Source: Promethearchaeota archaeon
Lineage (GTDB): Archaea > Asgardarchaeota > Lokiarchaeia > Sigyniarchaeales > SOKP01
DNA: 37,501 nucleotides
Reading direction: 5' to 3'
Assembly: GCA_011364925.1 (NCBI GenBank)
Contig: RDOA01000021.1
Span: forward strand, 1 to 37,501
Each line of letters starts with the position of its first letter. Within the stretch, counting starts at the first letter, position 1. The notes under the pieces are model-generated. The model had not been told where the DNA came from. It worked only from the letters and a program-made list of their open reading frames with translations, and searched no databases. Of this stretch, positions 19,407 through 29,891 are shown piece by piece. The position numbers were made by a program, and so were the translations under genes.

Positions 19407-20486
19407 ATGTCAGAGGAAAATGATAAGGTTGAGGATTTTATAAGTTTATGGAAAAAGAAATTGTCTACTGAAAATACTCCTTCAGTAATTGGGGATTTAC
19501 AAAAAGAAAACGAATTATTAAGGAGTAAAATATCAGAAAACATTGAATTAATTGCAAGATCCGAGGAAATACTAAAAAAAGCTGTTGCAGAAAAAGAAAA
19601 ATTCAGAGTAGAAAAAGATGAGGCAGTGACTGAAATTAGTTTTAAATTAAACGAAGTATCCCAACAAAATGCTGAATTAGAAGGCAAAGTTAAGAGTATG
19701 ATAAGCCTCTTGCTCGAAAAAGACGAAGAAATTAAAGCTAAAGATAAATCGATATCTAACTTACAAGCTACGGTAAATTCTCAAACTCAAGCGAGTTCCA
19801 CATTAGATAATCCATTAGTAAACGAATTAAAATCGCAAATAATAGATAAGAATTCTATAATACAAGATCTAGAGGCTAAGAATTCCGACTTAACTAAGGA
19901 AATCGAGAAGCTAGATGAACAACTCATTGAAAAGTTAAGGGATAAACCTGCTGATTATGTTGTAGAAGTAAGCACTCCTGAAACTCCAGTTATTAAACCA
20001 CAACCACTTGAAGCATCTTCCACGCCACTTGAAATTTTATGCCAAGATTTACAATCAGATTTAACTAAATATAAGCGAATAATTGATAAATTAAAACAAG
20101 AAAAAACAGAGCTTAAAAACGCTTTAGAAGGAAAAGGAATTAAATTAAGTGATAATGATTTAGAGGAATTGAGAAAAGAAAACGAATCCTTAAAGAAAGA
20201 TCTAGATCAAATGCAAAAATCGCTAAGCGAAGGGAAAAAGGAAACCATATCAGCTGATACAAGTGAGTTAGAACAAGAAATTTCTAATCTCGAAAATAAA
20301 CTTAGAGAAAAAGATAGTTTAATAGCGGATTTAAAATTATCAGCGATTTCCCCAACAGAAGTTTCAGGTAATCCTATGGCAGATTTGGTTGAGAATTTGC
20401 AAGAAAATATTAACAAACTAAAAACTACGATAAACGAAAAAGACAAAAAGATTTTAGAGTTAAATAGAAGAATAGCTCAAATGTAG
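19407..20486 (+). CDS. Long segmented coiled-coil protein of unknown function
   Basis: E/K/L-rich heptads broken by P/S/T-rich linkers; ATG at 19407. Confidence 0.75.
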   Translation: MSEENDKVEDFISLWKKKLSTENTPSVIGDLQKENELLRSKISENIELIARSEEILKKAVAEKEKFRVEKDEAVTEISFKLNEVSQQNAELEGKVKSMISLLLEKDEEIKAKDKSISNLQATVNSQTQASSTLDNPLVNELKSQIIDKNSIIQDLEAKNSDLTKEIEKLDEQLIEKLRDKPADYVVEVSTPETPVIKPQPLEASSTPLEILCQDLQSDLTKYKRIIDKLKQEKTELKNALEGKGIKLSDNDLEELRKENESLKKDLDQMQKSLSEGKKETISADTSELEQEISNLENKLREKDSLIADLKLSAISPTEVSGNPMADLVENLQENINKLKTTINEKDKKILELNRRIAQM

Positions 20487-20614
20487 TATATTACATGGAC
20501 TCTTATTTTATTTCATCTATAATGTATTTTTTTCAAGCTTATTCTATAAATAGTAAAATCTAATAGAAACAATGAGTAAGTTTTTTCAATAATAGGTGAT
20601 TACCAGAAGAATAC

Positions 20615-21604
20615 ATGGCTATTCTAAGTAAAAATGTGACTCAGAACATAAATATCTGTTTTTTTGGTCATTTCGCAATTGATAGCATTGTTCGATTTAA
20701 GCAAAGAAGAAAGCCATCTTTAGGTGGGAGTGTTACTTTCGGCTCTCTCTCTTTAAAAAAATATGAGAAATCAGCAGAAATAGGAATCATTTCCAATATA
20801 GGGACTCTCAACTTTGATAAATCGCTTTTAAAGAGAATTAGACAAAATGCCATAGATCTTAGAGGTGTAATCCCGTTAGAAGTTGCTAATACTAATTTTT
20901 TATTGGATTATTCAAATCATACCAGAATCCTAACTCTAAAATCTAGGAGTCCTAATCTTAAATTTGAGGATATTCCTGATTTTTATTTCGAAAATCCACC
21001 TCAGATTGTCGTATTAGCTCCATTATGTAATGAAATTTCTTATACTTATGTTTCAAAAATATTAAATGCGTTCCCTAAAGCTTATATTGGAATAGACCTA
21101 CAAGGATTTATAAGACACATTGACAACTCTGGAAATGTGTCATATATAAGAGAAAATTCTACAATATCGAACATAACGAGAATTATAGAACTGATAGGTG
21201 ACAGGTTAATTCTTAAGGGCTCTGAAATTGAAATGAAAATACTTTCCAATGAAGAAGATCCAGAGAAAATAATGAACTCGTGCAGAGATTTCAATAATAA
21301 TGCAATATATATAATGACAATGGGAGAAGCAGGGTCAATGGTAATGAAATGTGGAGAAGATTTAATAAAAGTCCCCGCTTATAAACCCAGAAGAGTTGTT
21401 GATGAAACTGGGCCTGGGGATGTTTACCTCGCTATTTTTTTATACGAACTGATCAATTCGGATATGTCTTGGAGTAAGATAGAAGAAATAGCTCACATCG
21501 CATCAGCAGCAGCTTCTTTTTTAGTAGAAGAGAAAGGTCCCGATGGATTTGAAACTAAAAGAAAAATTATGAAAAGAGTCAGAAGTAAGAAATATATCCT
21601 TTAA
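20615..21604 (+). CDS. PfkB family carbohydrate kinase
   Basis: GHFAID, LGGS, IDLQG, TMGEAGS, VVDETGPGDVY. Confidence 0.88.
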   Translation: MAILSKNVTQNINICFFGHFAIDSIVRFKQRRKPSLGGSVTFGSLSLKKYEKSAEIGIISNIGTLNFDKSLLKRIRQNAIDLRGVIPLEVANTNFLLDYSNHTRILTLKSRSPNLKFEDIPDFYFENPPQIVVLAPLCNEISYTYVSKILNAFPKAYIGIDLQGFIRHIDNSGNVSYIRENSTISNITRIIELIGDRLILKGSEIEMKILSNEEDPEKIMNSCRDFNNNAIYIMTMGEAGSMVMKCGEDLIKVPAYKPRRVVDETGPGDVYLAIFLYELINSDMSWSKIEEIAHIASAAASFLVEEKGPDGFETKRKIMKRVRSKKYIL

Positions 21605-21624
21605 TTCATTTCTTGATTTATATT

Positions 21625-22218
21625 ATGCATATCAACAGTCATTTTGCTGTAGGAGTGATATTTGCTTCAATCTTGAATTACTTTTTCAGTTTCTCTTTAC
21701 TTGAGTTTTTAATTATTATCTTATTTTCATTTATTTGTGATTTTGATGTGTTTTTCGCTAAATTCGCAATAAATCATAATCATAGAATGTTGATCTCTCA
21801 TTCGATAATTCCTGCTCTTCTTGTAATTATAATTGGAATTGTAGTAAATTTACCCGTTCTAACCTTTAGTGGTATCGCATACGCCATCCATGTAATTATT
21901 GATACTTTTGACTGGGGAACCAACTTTTTTTATTTCAATAAAAAGGTTATAGGCTGGAGATTACTGATATCTAAAGAGGAAACAGAAAATCTCTCAAATT
22001 ACTTATCAAAGTACAAAAAGGCAGAATCTTTTTTCGATTCAAAATATTATAATAACAAAGTAAGTTTAGGAATCGAAGTATTATTATTCGTCCTTATGAT
22101 AATCTTTATTACTCTTTTTGCTCTCGAGTACGCTCTTGTATCGTTGGTTTATTTTTTGGGTTTGTATTTTCATTTATCTCGGCATTTTATGTTAAAGAAA
22201 ATCGAGTCTCAGCAGTAG
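21625..22218 (+). CDS. Membrane-bound metal-dependent hydrolase-like protein (YdjM/DUF457-like)
   Basis: HxxxH, CDFD, HRMLISHS and HVIIDTF motifs in a hydrophobic protein. Confidence 0.7.
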   Translation: MHINSHFAVGVIFASILNYFFSFSLLEFLIIILFSFICDFDVFFAKFAINHNHRMLISHSIIPALLVIIIGIVVNLPVLTFSGIAYAIHVIIDTFDWGTNFFYFNKKVIGWRLLISKEETENLSNYLSKYKKAESFFDSKYYNNKVSLGIEVLLFVLMIIFITLFALEYALVSLVYFLGLYFHLSRHFMLKKIESQQ

Positions 22219-22320
22219 ACACTTTTTAATTAGAAGGAAAAAGATTTAAGAGCACCTTTAATGTTTACCCCATATTACATCATATTTAATAATTATTAAA
22301 AGAAAAATGCGTGAAAAGTA

Positions 22321-22758
22321 ATGTCTGAAGAAATCAAACCGAAAGTGGGAATTACTCTCGAAAAAGAAATGATTTTTAGGTGTGATCTTGGAGATATGAA
22401 AGTTAAAGATTGTTATATTGATGATACTCATAAAGATGAGGTAGATATGCTTGGTCCTAACCCATCTAGGTTGCTGGGATTAGCTTTACTAGGTTGTTTG
22501 AGTGCTAGTTTTATCTTTTGTTTGCAAAAAAAAAATCTTAGTTTAGACGATTTAAATGCTACAGCAGAGTTGACTGTAGCTCGTAATGAAAAAGGATTTT
22601 GGAGAGTAAAGAAAGTAGATGTGGAAATAAATATAAATATTAGCGATCCAGCATCTCGTAAAAGAGCAGACCAATGCAAAAAGATGTTTGAGCAATACTG
22701 TGTAGTCACTCAAGCAGTACGGGAAGGTATCGATGTTGAAGTTAATCTTAATTACTAA
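22321..22758 (+). CDS. OsmC/Ohr family protein
   Basis: GPNPSRLLGLALLGC...QYCVVTQAV. Confidence 0.88.
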   Translation: MSEEIKPKVGITLEKEMIFRCDLGDMKVKDCYIDDTHKDEVDMLGPNPSRLLGLALLGCLSASFIFCLQKKNLSLDDLNATAELTVARNEKGFWRVKKVDVEININISDPASRKRADQCKKMFEQYCVVTQAVREGIDVEVNLNY

Positions 22759-22768
22759 TTTCTTTTAT

Positions 22769-23779
22769 CTAATCCTTTATTCCGTCGTCTGTTATCGAAA
22801 ATATTGCTTCTGCCTCTGCTAAGTGTGGAGCATCAATTATTTTCGCCACTCTTTGTTCACCTTTTCCTTTTCTCAGATAAACTCTTATTGTAGCTCCATG
22901 CGCAACAATATTACCTCCTGTAGCTACTGTTGGATTTCCGTAGAAAACATCCGGTTTTGAAGAGACTTGGTTGGTAAAAATTACTGCTAATTCGTCGTAT
23001 ATTTCTGTTAAACGTAATAAATCGTGAATATGGGAGTTAAGAATTTGCTGTCTATTTGCTAAAGTACCTCTTCCGACATATTCACTTCGAAAATGTCCAA
23101 TTATCGAATCGACAACTATTAATTTAATGTTTTTTTCATTAATTAGCTTCGATGCCTCTTGGATTAATAATACTTGATGATCGCTATTGTAAGCTCTACC
23201 TACGGTGATATTTTTTAACACTGTATTGTAATCCAAATCCTTTGCTTCTGCCATCTGAATTATTCTTTCTGGTCTAAAAGTAGCCTCTGTATCGATGTAT
23301 AATGCTTTCCCTTCTAGGCCTCCTTCTTCATATGGTAACTGAACATTAACGCAAAGTTGATGAGCAAGTTGAGTTTTTCCCGTTCTATATTCGCCATAAA
23401 ACTCCGTAAGAGAGCCAGGTTCTATACCACCAGCTAAAATTTCATCGAGCGTTGAACTACTTGTTGTTAAACGGTTCAGTTGTCTTCTCTTCTCCCATAT
23501 TATATCCGCGCTTTTAAAGCCCATATTTTCAATATCTTGAGCAGCTTTGATAATTTTCTGAGCAGTCTTTTCTCCAATCCCTGCCTCATCCATTAATTTA
23601 GTGATAGGATAAATAGCCAGAGTTCTAATTGACACAATGCCTGCTTCTTTTAACTTCTTTACAGTCGTATCTCCAACTCCGGGTAAATCCTTTAAATCGT
23701 AAACCACTTCAGTCTTTATCGTTCCTTTCTCTTCAGTTTCTTCAGATTCTTCATCTTTTTTTGCCATATTCTTCACCAT
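22769..23779 (-). CDS. radA: DNA repair and recombination protein RadA
   Basis: N-terminal HhH (DLPGVG), GEYRTGKTQ, YIDTEATFRPERI, LIVVDS, FRSEYVGRGTLANRQQ, GGNIVAH. Confidence 0.97.
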   Translation of the reverse strand: MVKNMAKKDEESEETEEKGTIKTEVVYDLKDLPGVGDTTVKKLKEAGIVSIRTLAIYPITKLMDEAGIGEKTAQKIIKAAQDIENMGFKSADIIWEKRRQLNRLTTSSSTLDEILAGGIEPGSLTEFYGEYRTGKTQLAHQLCVNVQLPYEEGGLEGKALYIDTEATFRPERIIQMAEAKDLDYNTVLKNITVGRAYNSDHQVLLIQEASKLINEKNIKLIVVDSIIGHFRSEYVGRGTLANRQQILNSHIHDLLRLTEIYDELAVIFTNQVSSKPDVFYGNPTVATGGNIVAHGATIRVYLRKGKGEQRVAKIIDAPHLAEAEAIFSITDDGIKD

Positions 23780-23879
23780 AATTGAACTGTAAGTATTATA
23801 ATAAATAAGTTAATTGTATTTCATTAGTTTATTATCCTTAATATTTAAAAATAATAACAAAAAAATAAAAATTAAAGGT

Positions 23880-24578
23880 TTATTTCTTTTTTTTCGGGAC
23901 TTCTTTGCCGCTTCGAGTGATAATTAACAGAATGATAAATAATATCACGCTCATTAGAAAAGTTAGCACTCCCATCGCTTCGGGTAACCATATGTAACTC
24001 AAGTAGAGAAAGGGTATGATAAATAGACCGATGATAATAATGAAAACGGGCAGAGGAACCTCTTCATCTCTGAGATCAATAAGAAGTGGCACAATTACCA
24101 AAGCAATTAAGATTGTCGCCAAAATTCTAAATGTTAATAAGATTATAGGGTTTGGGAACCACGCTGCTGTTCCAAGAGACATTCTATAAATGTCTGGGAA
24201 ATAGAAAAACCAGTAAGGGTACGTATTAGTCTGCATTGAAGGAATAGAAACAGGTAATATCGCTGAAAGGATAATCTGTATTATAATACCTAAAACTAAG
24301 TACAATACGATGTCGTTGATCTCTTTTGGATTAGTTTTCCGAGCAACACCAAATAGATCTCGTAATAAACAAAGGTTCCACAGAATAAACAAGACCATAT
24401 AAACCCCAAGAGCATCAAATTGGAGAAACCATAAGACATCTGTAGGTAAAAGAGCAACTATGTACGCTAAATAGCCATATCGTTCGTTTCTTTCGAAAAG
24501 ATCAAAAATTAAAAAGATTCCAAACACTACAAATAAAGTTGCAACGATAATAATGGAATTAATATCAAATAGAGCCAC
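23880..24578 (-). CDS. Hypothetical polytopic membrane protein (about 7 TM)
   Basis: Seven hydrophobic segments; basic C-terminal tail PKKKK. Confidence 0.75.
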   Translation of the reverse strand: MALFDINSIIIVATLFVVFGIFLIFDLFERNERYGYLAYIVALLPTDVLWFLQFDALGVYMVLFILWNLCLLRDLFGVARKTNPKEINDIVLYLVLGIIIQIILSAILPVSIPSMQTNTYPYWFFYFPDIYRMSLGTAAWFPNPIILLTFRILATILIALVIVPLLIDLRDEEVPLPVFIIIIGLFIIPFLYLSYIWLPEAMGVLTFLMSVILFIILLIITRSGKEVPKKKK

Positions 24579-24922
24579 TATAATAACTTCCTTTTAATTA
24601 TTATTTTTAACTTTGTTAATAATTATATAGTAAATCTTTTTAATAATATATTTTTTGTATTCATTTAGTATTATTTTGCGAAAGATCAGTTTTTTATAAC
24701 AGTTTTATAAGAGTAACTGAAGTTTTCCCCCCAGAATATCCTTTAGAATTGTCAAAGTGATGTCAATTAATAATATTCGGATTGACACCATAATTTATAC
24801 TGCAAATTAGTATTAGTACTATTATTAAAGACTAAATTAGTAAAAAATATTTGATTTTTTGCTACTTTTTCTATTAATGCCAAATCTATACCAATTTTAT
24901 AGTAAAGAGTTTGTTCCGAAAG

Positions 24923-26308
24923 CTATAAACCAGAAATTATTTTCGATAATTTTTCTATCATTTTCTCAGATTTACTCTTATCTTCTGATTCCGCAGATAA
25001 AGTTATCGCATTCCTATTTAAAGCAACTTTAATTATAACGTACACATCATCATCTATTATTTTTAATTCATTGATAATGTCTTGGTATTTCAAATCATGT
25101 TCATCTACAAACTCAATTAACCTATTATGCATGCCTTCTACTGCTTCAGCAGAGACTGGAATTGTTTTATTTACCTTTATACCTTTAGGGAAACCTTTTG
25201 TAAGAGAACTAATTAAATCTTTTTGAATCGCCATTATTTCCAATATTTTAAGTAGAATATAATTACCATCACTGAAAGGTGAATAACTTGGAAAGTAGAA
25301 TTTTAAAGAATCTGCAGCAGCAAAACACGCTCTTTCTTGCCTTATCTGTCTCGAGAGTTCGCCCGGATAATTCTCTACAAGTTTGATTGGATGACCACTT
25401 TCTTCAATAAACTTTATCACAACAGGAGATACTGAAGGCGTTGTAATAACGGGGCTATTTTTGGAATCTTTAATTTTTTGATCGTAAGCGACAAAGAGCA
25501 TTAATAGATCTTCAAAACTAATTTCTAGTCCATTTTCGTCTAACACTAAGATACGTGAGCCATCGACATCAAAACACACCCCTAGATGACTATTAGATGC
25601 TTTTACGATATCTGCAGTATTTTTAATTGTATTTACACTTGGTACAGGTATTTTAGATCTTTCTCGATAATGAGTATTAAGCGCGATTACTTCTACCCCC
25701 ACTTCATTTATGAGTAAAGGAGTTATTCTTCCAGTTGGACTGAATGAGCAATCGACAACAATCTTTAGATCAGCATCTCCGATTTGCTTTTTATTGACAA
25801 ACTGTTCTAATGATTTTATGTATACATCTTGAGTTTGAGGGATCGCAATAATGCGACCTATTCTTCTTGGATCAACGCGTCTAATTTGAGCTGGATACGT
25901 GTTAAAAGATTTAATGATTTTTTCTATTTCTATCGGGGCTAATTCAATTCCTCCCGCATCTGCGAATCGAACTCCAACATCTTCACTATATAAATGTCCT
26001 CCAGAAAAGTATGCTCCTCCACTTGCCCCAAATCTCCTAATCGTGAATTCTAATAATGGAAAGGTACATTCTGATAGATTTAAAACATTAATTCCAGTAC
26101 TCATTATTCCTGAAGTATATCCTCTTTTTAACATACGGCTATCGTTATGATAATCTCGTCCTATAACAACAGTTTCATCCAGCTTAAAAGAGCTTCCATG
26201 AATTGAACCGATTGAGCTTGCAATCTCGGGTGTAAAAATGTAGTTTGCCTTCCCTACGATTCGACCATTCTTGTTCAATTCTTCTAAATTTTGGATACGT
26301 GGAATCAA
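24923..26308 (-). CDS. Phosphomannomutase/phosphoglucomutase-fold protein, probably catalytically inactive
   Basis: GRDYHNDSRMLK and LKIVVDC present; phosphoserine loop reads SGGH instead of TASHNP; metal loop DVDGSR instead of DxDxDR. Confidence 0.82.
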   Translation of the reverse strand: MIPRIQNLEELNKNGRIVGKANYIFTPEIASSIGSIHGSSFKLDETVVIGRDYHNDSRMLKRGYTSGIMSTGINVLNLSECTFPLLEFTIRRFGASGGAYFSGGHLYSEDVGVRFADAGGIELAPIEIEKIIKSFNTYPAQIRRVDPRRIGRIIAIPQTQDVYIKSLEQFVNKKQIGDADLKIVVDCSFSPTGRITPLLINEVGVEVIALNTHYRERSKIPVPSVNTIKNTADIVKASNSHLGVCFDVDGSRILVLDENGLEISFEDLLMLFVAYDQKIKDSKNSPVITTPSVSPVVIKFIEESGHPIKLVENYPGELSRQIRQERACFAAADSLKFYFPSYSPFSDGNYILLKILEIMAIQKDLISSLTKGFPKGIKVNKTIPVSAEAVEGMHNRLIEFVDEHDLKYQDIINELKIIDDDVYVIIKVALNRNAITLSAESEDKSKSEKMIEKLSKIISGL

Positions 26309-26458
26309 TTTAAATCATTGATGTTTGGAATTTACGAATTATAAAACATAATTATTATAGCTCGTTTTACATTAATAATTTTCGTTATAAAGTCAATCAT
26401 GAAATAATAAATAGGGTATAATTAATTATAAGATTTAAAATTAATATGTGATTCTATT

Positions 26459-29400
26459 TTGAAAATTTCGAGGGACGCAAGAACTAGATACAGCTTAAAT
26501 GAATTCAAATTTACAGAAAGGGGTAATGTTGAATTTGAAGGTGATACTCATTTAGTTAGACTATTCGTTCAAAAATTAAATCAAAAAAGAGATTTAATAA
26601 ATTATCCAGAATTAGCTATTCGGATCGGTGAATTTAATGGAATAGCGTTAATATACGAAATTAATAAATTTTTACTAGATGAATACAAAAAAGAAACCAA
26701 GAATGAAAACCTAAACATCGAGCTTTTTGAACATCTTAAAAACAAAATTGGAGAATCAAAACTGAATGAGGCCTTTAATTCTTTAGTAGAAGAGTTTCCT
26801 CCAGAACAAGTATATCGAAAAGAAGTTAACGTAGAAGAATTTCTTAAAGAAAAAGTTAGAGGAGTTGAAATTAAACCTTCCTTTATTGATGAATTTATTA
26901 GTTTATGGCTTGGAAATAATAATCCTTCTTATTCACAGTTTATTGAGCTATTTGACGACGAAGTTCTCGAAAAACGGACTGCATATCGTTCAATTATTGA
27001 TGAGATTACAAATTTCTTCGATGATAAAGCAAAATTTGGCCCAAACAATCTAAACCTAATAGAAATGCTTAGTGAACCTTCTATTAAATATCCTCATTCT
27101 ATACGAGAACAGTTGGAATATATCCACGAGAATTGGGGGGATTTAGTTGGGAAATATTTGTACAGGATATTAATCGCTATTGATATAATTAGAGAAGAAG
27201 AGTTATTTAGAGGGTTAGGGCCAGGAAAATCAGAAGCTTACGATTATGACGCCCTCGAGTTTGAGAATTTTACTCTTGACAAAGAATGGATGCCCAAAGT
27301 TGTGATGATTGCTAAAAATGTGTATGTTTGGATGACTCAATTATCTAATAAGTATAACAGAAGCATATCCAAGCTGAATGAAATCCCCAACGAGGAATTG
27401 GAGCAATTAAAAGAGTGGGGTTTTACAGGGTTATGGCTTATCGGTTTATGGGAGAGAAGTCAAGCGTCTAAAACAATCAAACGATGGTGTGGTAATCCAG
27501 AAGCAGAAGCAAGTGCTTATTCAACGTACGATTATGAAATTGCTTATGATTTAGGAGGATTTGAAGCTTTTAAGAATTTAAAGGATAGAGCTATGGCAAG
27601 AGGACTTCGCCTTGCATGCGATATAGTTCCGAATCATACGGGAATAGTATCAAAATGGATAATGGAGCATCCTGATTGGTATATATCGCTCCCCTATCCT
27701 CCATTTCCCTCCTATTCATATTCCGGAGAAAATTTATCTGGTGATTCATCTATAGGTATTTATCTAGAAAATAAATATTTCAACAGAACTGATGCAGCTG
27801 TGACTTTTAAGTATGTAGATTTTCGGTCAGGACAAGAGAGATTTATTTATCATGGAAATGATGGAACTAGTTTCCCATGGAATGATACTGCTCAATTAAA
27901 CTTTTTAATTCCTGAAGTTCGAAAAGCAGTTATCGAAACTATATTACATGTATCAAGTTTATTTCCTATTATTAGGTTTGACGCAGCTATGACTCTAACA
28001 CGAAAACATTATCAACGTCTGTGGTTTCCTGTGCCTGGAACCGGGGGAGCTATTCCATCGAGAGCAGAACATGGCATTTCAAGGGAAGAATTTTATAACC
28101 TTATGCCAAAAGAATTTTGGCGTGAAGTTGTGGATACAATCAATGAGAAAAATCCTGACACTTTATTACTAGCAGAAGCTTTTTGGTTACTCGAAGGATA
28201 TTTTGTAAGGACTTTAGGAATGCACCGTGTATATAATTCTGCTTTTATGAATATGCTCCGAGACGAAGATAATGCGATGTATCGATTAGTTTTAAAAAAT
28301 ACGTTACAATTTGATCCAGAAATACTTAAAAGATTCGTTAATTTCATGAATAACCCAGACGAAGAAACTGCAATTAAGCAATTTGGAGACGGCGGTAAAT
28401 ATTTTGGAGTTTGCTTAATGATGGTTACTATGCCTGGGTTGCCTATGTTTGGACACGGTCAAATAGAGGGTTTTCACGAAAAGTATGGTATGGAATATAG
28501 ACGAGCTTATTGGGATGAAAAAGTCAATATAGGCTTGCTCAAACACCATGAAAAAATAATATTCCCAATATTAAAGAAACGGTATTTATTTGCAAATGTT
28601 GATAATTTTTTACTTTATGATTTTTGGAGTGGGAATAATGTTAACGAAGATGTGTTTGCGTATTCAAATCGAGTAAATAACGAACGCGCTTTGATAATCT
28701 ATCACAATAAGTATGCAGAAACAAAAGGTTTTATTAAAACTTCTGTTGGTTTTGTAATTAAACAAGAAGACGAAAAAGTTCAGGTCCAAAGTAGTATATC
28801 CGAAGGACTTAATTTACCTAAAGAAGGATATTGTATCTTCAAAGACTTTTTAACAGGTCTGGAATATATAAGGAGAAATCGAGATCTTTATGAGAACGGG
28901 TTGTATTTAGAGCTTCAAGCATTCCAATGCTTCGTGTTCATGGATTTCCGGATTGTTGACGATAATGAATTTTTCCATTACGCTCAGTTGTACGATCTTC
29001 TAGGAGGGAAAGGGGTATATAATCTTAACGAGACTCTTCATGAAATAATATACCAACCATTACTCGAATCATTTAAGAATATCGTTAATTTCACCAATTT
29101 TAGAGCTTTATTAGAATCCCAGGACACAGAATTGATTTTAAAGGGAATAATGCAAAAATTTAATCTATTTCTGCAAGAAGTAAAGAAATATTCTGCGAGT
29201 GATAAAAATCCAACGAAAATAGAAGAAGAAATTCGATCCAAGTTGATTTCATCTTTACAGTTATACAAAAACTCAAAGGAATTGCAGCTCTCCGATAAAT
29301 TGAGTAGTTATTTAGTAAAGCTTCTTCCTCAATCTGAATTTGAATGGGGGATATTAATTTCTTGGGTATTTATCCATCTCTTAGGAAAAGTGGTATCAGA

Positions 29401-29866
29401 AACAGATTTTGAACTTAAAAGCCGAAGTTGGTTTGATGAGTGGCGTTTATCGAAGTATATAAAAAATACATTAAATGAATTAAAAATAACTGGGGATGAG
29501 AATAAAAATGATGTTGGGTCTATAATTCAGTTAATGATTTCTCATCAAAACTGGTCAAATTCTGTAAATTTTCTCAAAAAAGATTTTCACGCCATCTTTC
29601 AAGCATTTTTTCAGGATCCTGAAACGCAAATGTTTTTAAAGGTAAACAGGTATCAAAACATTCTATGGTTTAGCGCTGAAGAGTTTGCGAGGTTTACAAG
29701 ATGGATTTGGATAATTGCTGTTATTAATAGTATTACATACAACAAAACCAATTCTAGCATGGAATTAAATGAATTAATGGTCTATTATCCAACAATTCAA
29801 AACGTCGCGAAAGCCTCAGGTTATCAAGTCAACAAGTTTTTAGAAGGTTTACAAAATTTCCCTTAA
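26459..29866 (+). CDS. Large GH13 alpha-amylase family glycoside hydrolase
   Basis: DIVPNH, IRFDAAM (nucleophile), LLAEAFW (acid/base), FMNNPDE; long helical N- and C-terminal extensions. Confidence 0.9.
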   Translation: MKISRDARTRYSLNEFKFTERGNVEFEGDTHLVRLFVQKLNQKRDLINYPELAIRIGEFNGIALIYEINKFLLDEYKKETKNENLNIELFEHLKNKIGESKLNEAFNSLVEEFPPEQVYRKEVNVEEFLKEKVRGVEIKPSFIDEFISLWLGNNNPSYSQFIELFDDEVLEKRTAYRSIIDEITNFFDDKAKFGPNNLNLIEMLSEPSIKYPHSIREQLEYIHENWGDLVGKYLYRILIAIDIIREEELFRGLGPGKSEAYDYDALEFENFTLDKEWMPKVVMIAKNVYVWMTQLSNKYNRSISKLNEIPNEELEQLKEWGFTGLWLIGLWERSQASKTIKRWCGNPEAEASAYSTYDYEIAYDLGGFEAFKNLKDRAMARGLRLACDIVPNHTGIVSKWIMEHPDWYISLPYPPFPSYSYSGENLSGDSSIGIYLENKYFNRTDAAVTFKYVDFRSGQERFIYHGNDGTSFPWNDTAQLNFLIPEVRKAVIETILHVSSLFPIIRFDAAMTLTRKHYQRLWFPVPGTGGAIPSRAEHGISREEFYNLMPKEFWREVVDTINEKNPDTLLLAEAFWLLEGYFVRTLGMHRVYNSAFMNMLRDEDNAMYRLVLKNTLQFDPEILKRFVNFMNNPDEETAIKQFGDGGKYFGVCLMMVTMPGLPMFGHGQIEGFHEKYGMEYRRAYWDEKVNIGLLKHHEKIIFPILKKRYLFANVDNFLLYDFWSGNNVNEDVFAYSNRVNNERALIIYHNKYAETKGFIKTSVGFVIKQEDEKVQVQSSISEGLNLPKEGYCIFKDFLTGLEYIRRNRDLYENGLYLELQAFQCFVFMDFRIVDDNEFFHYAQLYDLLGGKGVYNLNETLHEIIYQPLLESFKNIVNFTNFRALLESQDTELILKGIMQKFNLFLQEVKKYSASDKNPTKIEEEIRSKLISSLQLYKNSKELQLSDKLSSYLVKLLPQSEFEWGILISWVFIHLLGKVVSETDFELKSRSWFDEWRLSKYIKNTLNELKITGDENKNDVGSIIQLMISHQNWSNSVNFLKKDFHAIFQAFFQDPETQMFLKVNRYQNILWFSAEEFARFTRWIWIIAVINSITYNKTNSSMELNELMVYYPTIQNVAKASGYQVNKFLEGLQNFP

Positions 29867-29891
29867 AAAGTTATCAAACGGCGCCAGATTT

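Noticed and set aside
9147-23779. Inteins in atpA, the second atpA or radA
   Set aside because: All have normal length with contiguous motifs.
23880-24578. Rhodopsin
   Set aside because: No retinal-binding Lys within the seventh helix.
24705-24791. 28-codon minus-strand ORF (MVSIRILLIDITLTILKDILGGKLQLLL)
   Set aside because: Too short, no SD and no homology evidence.
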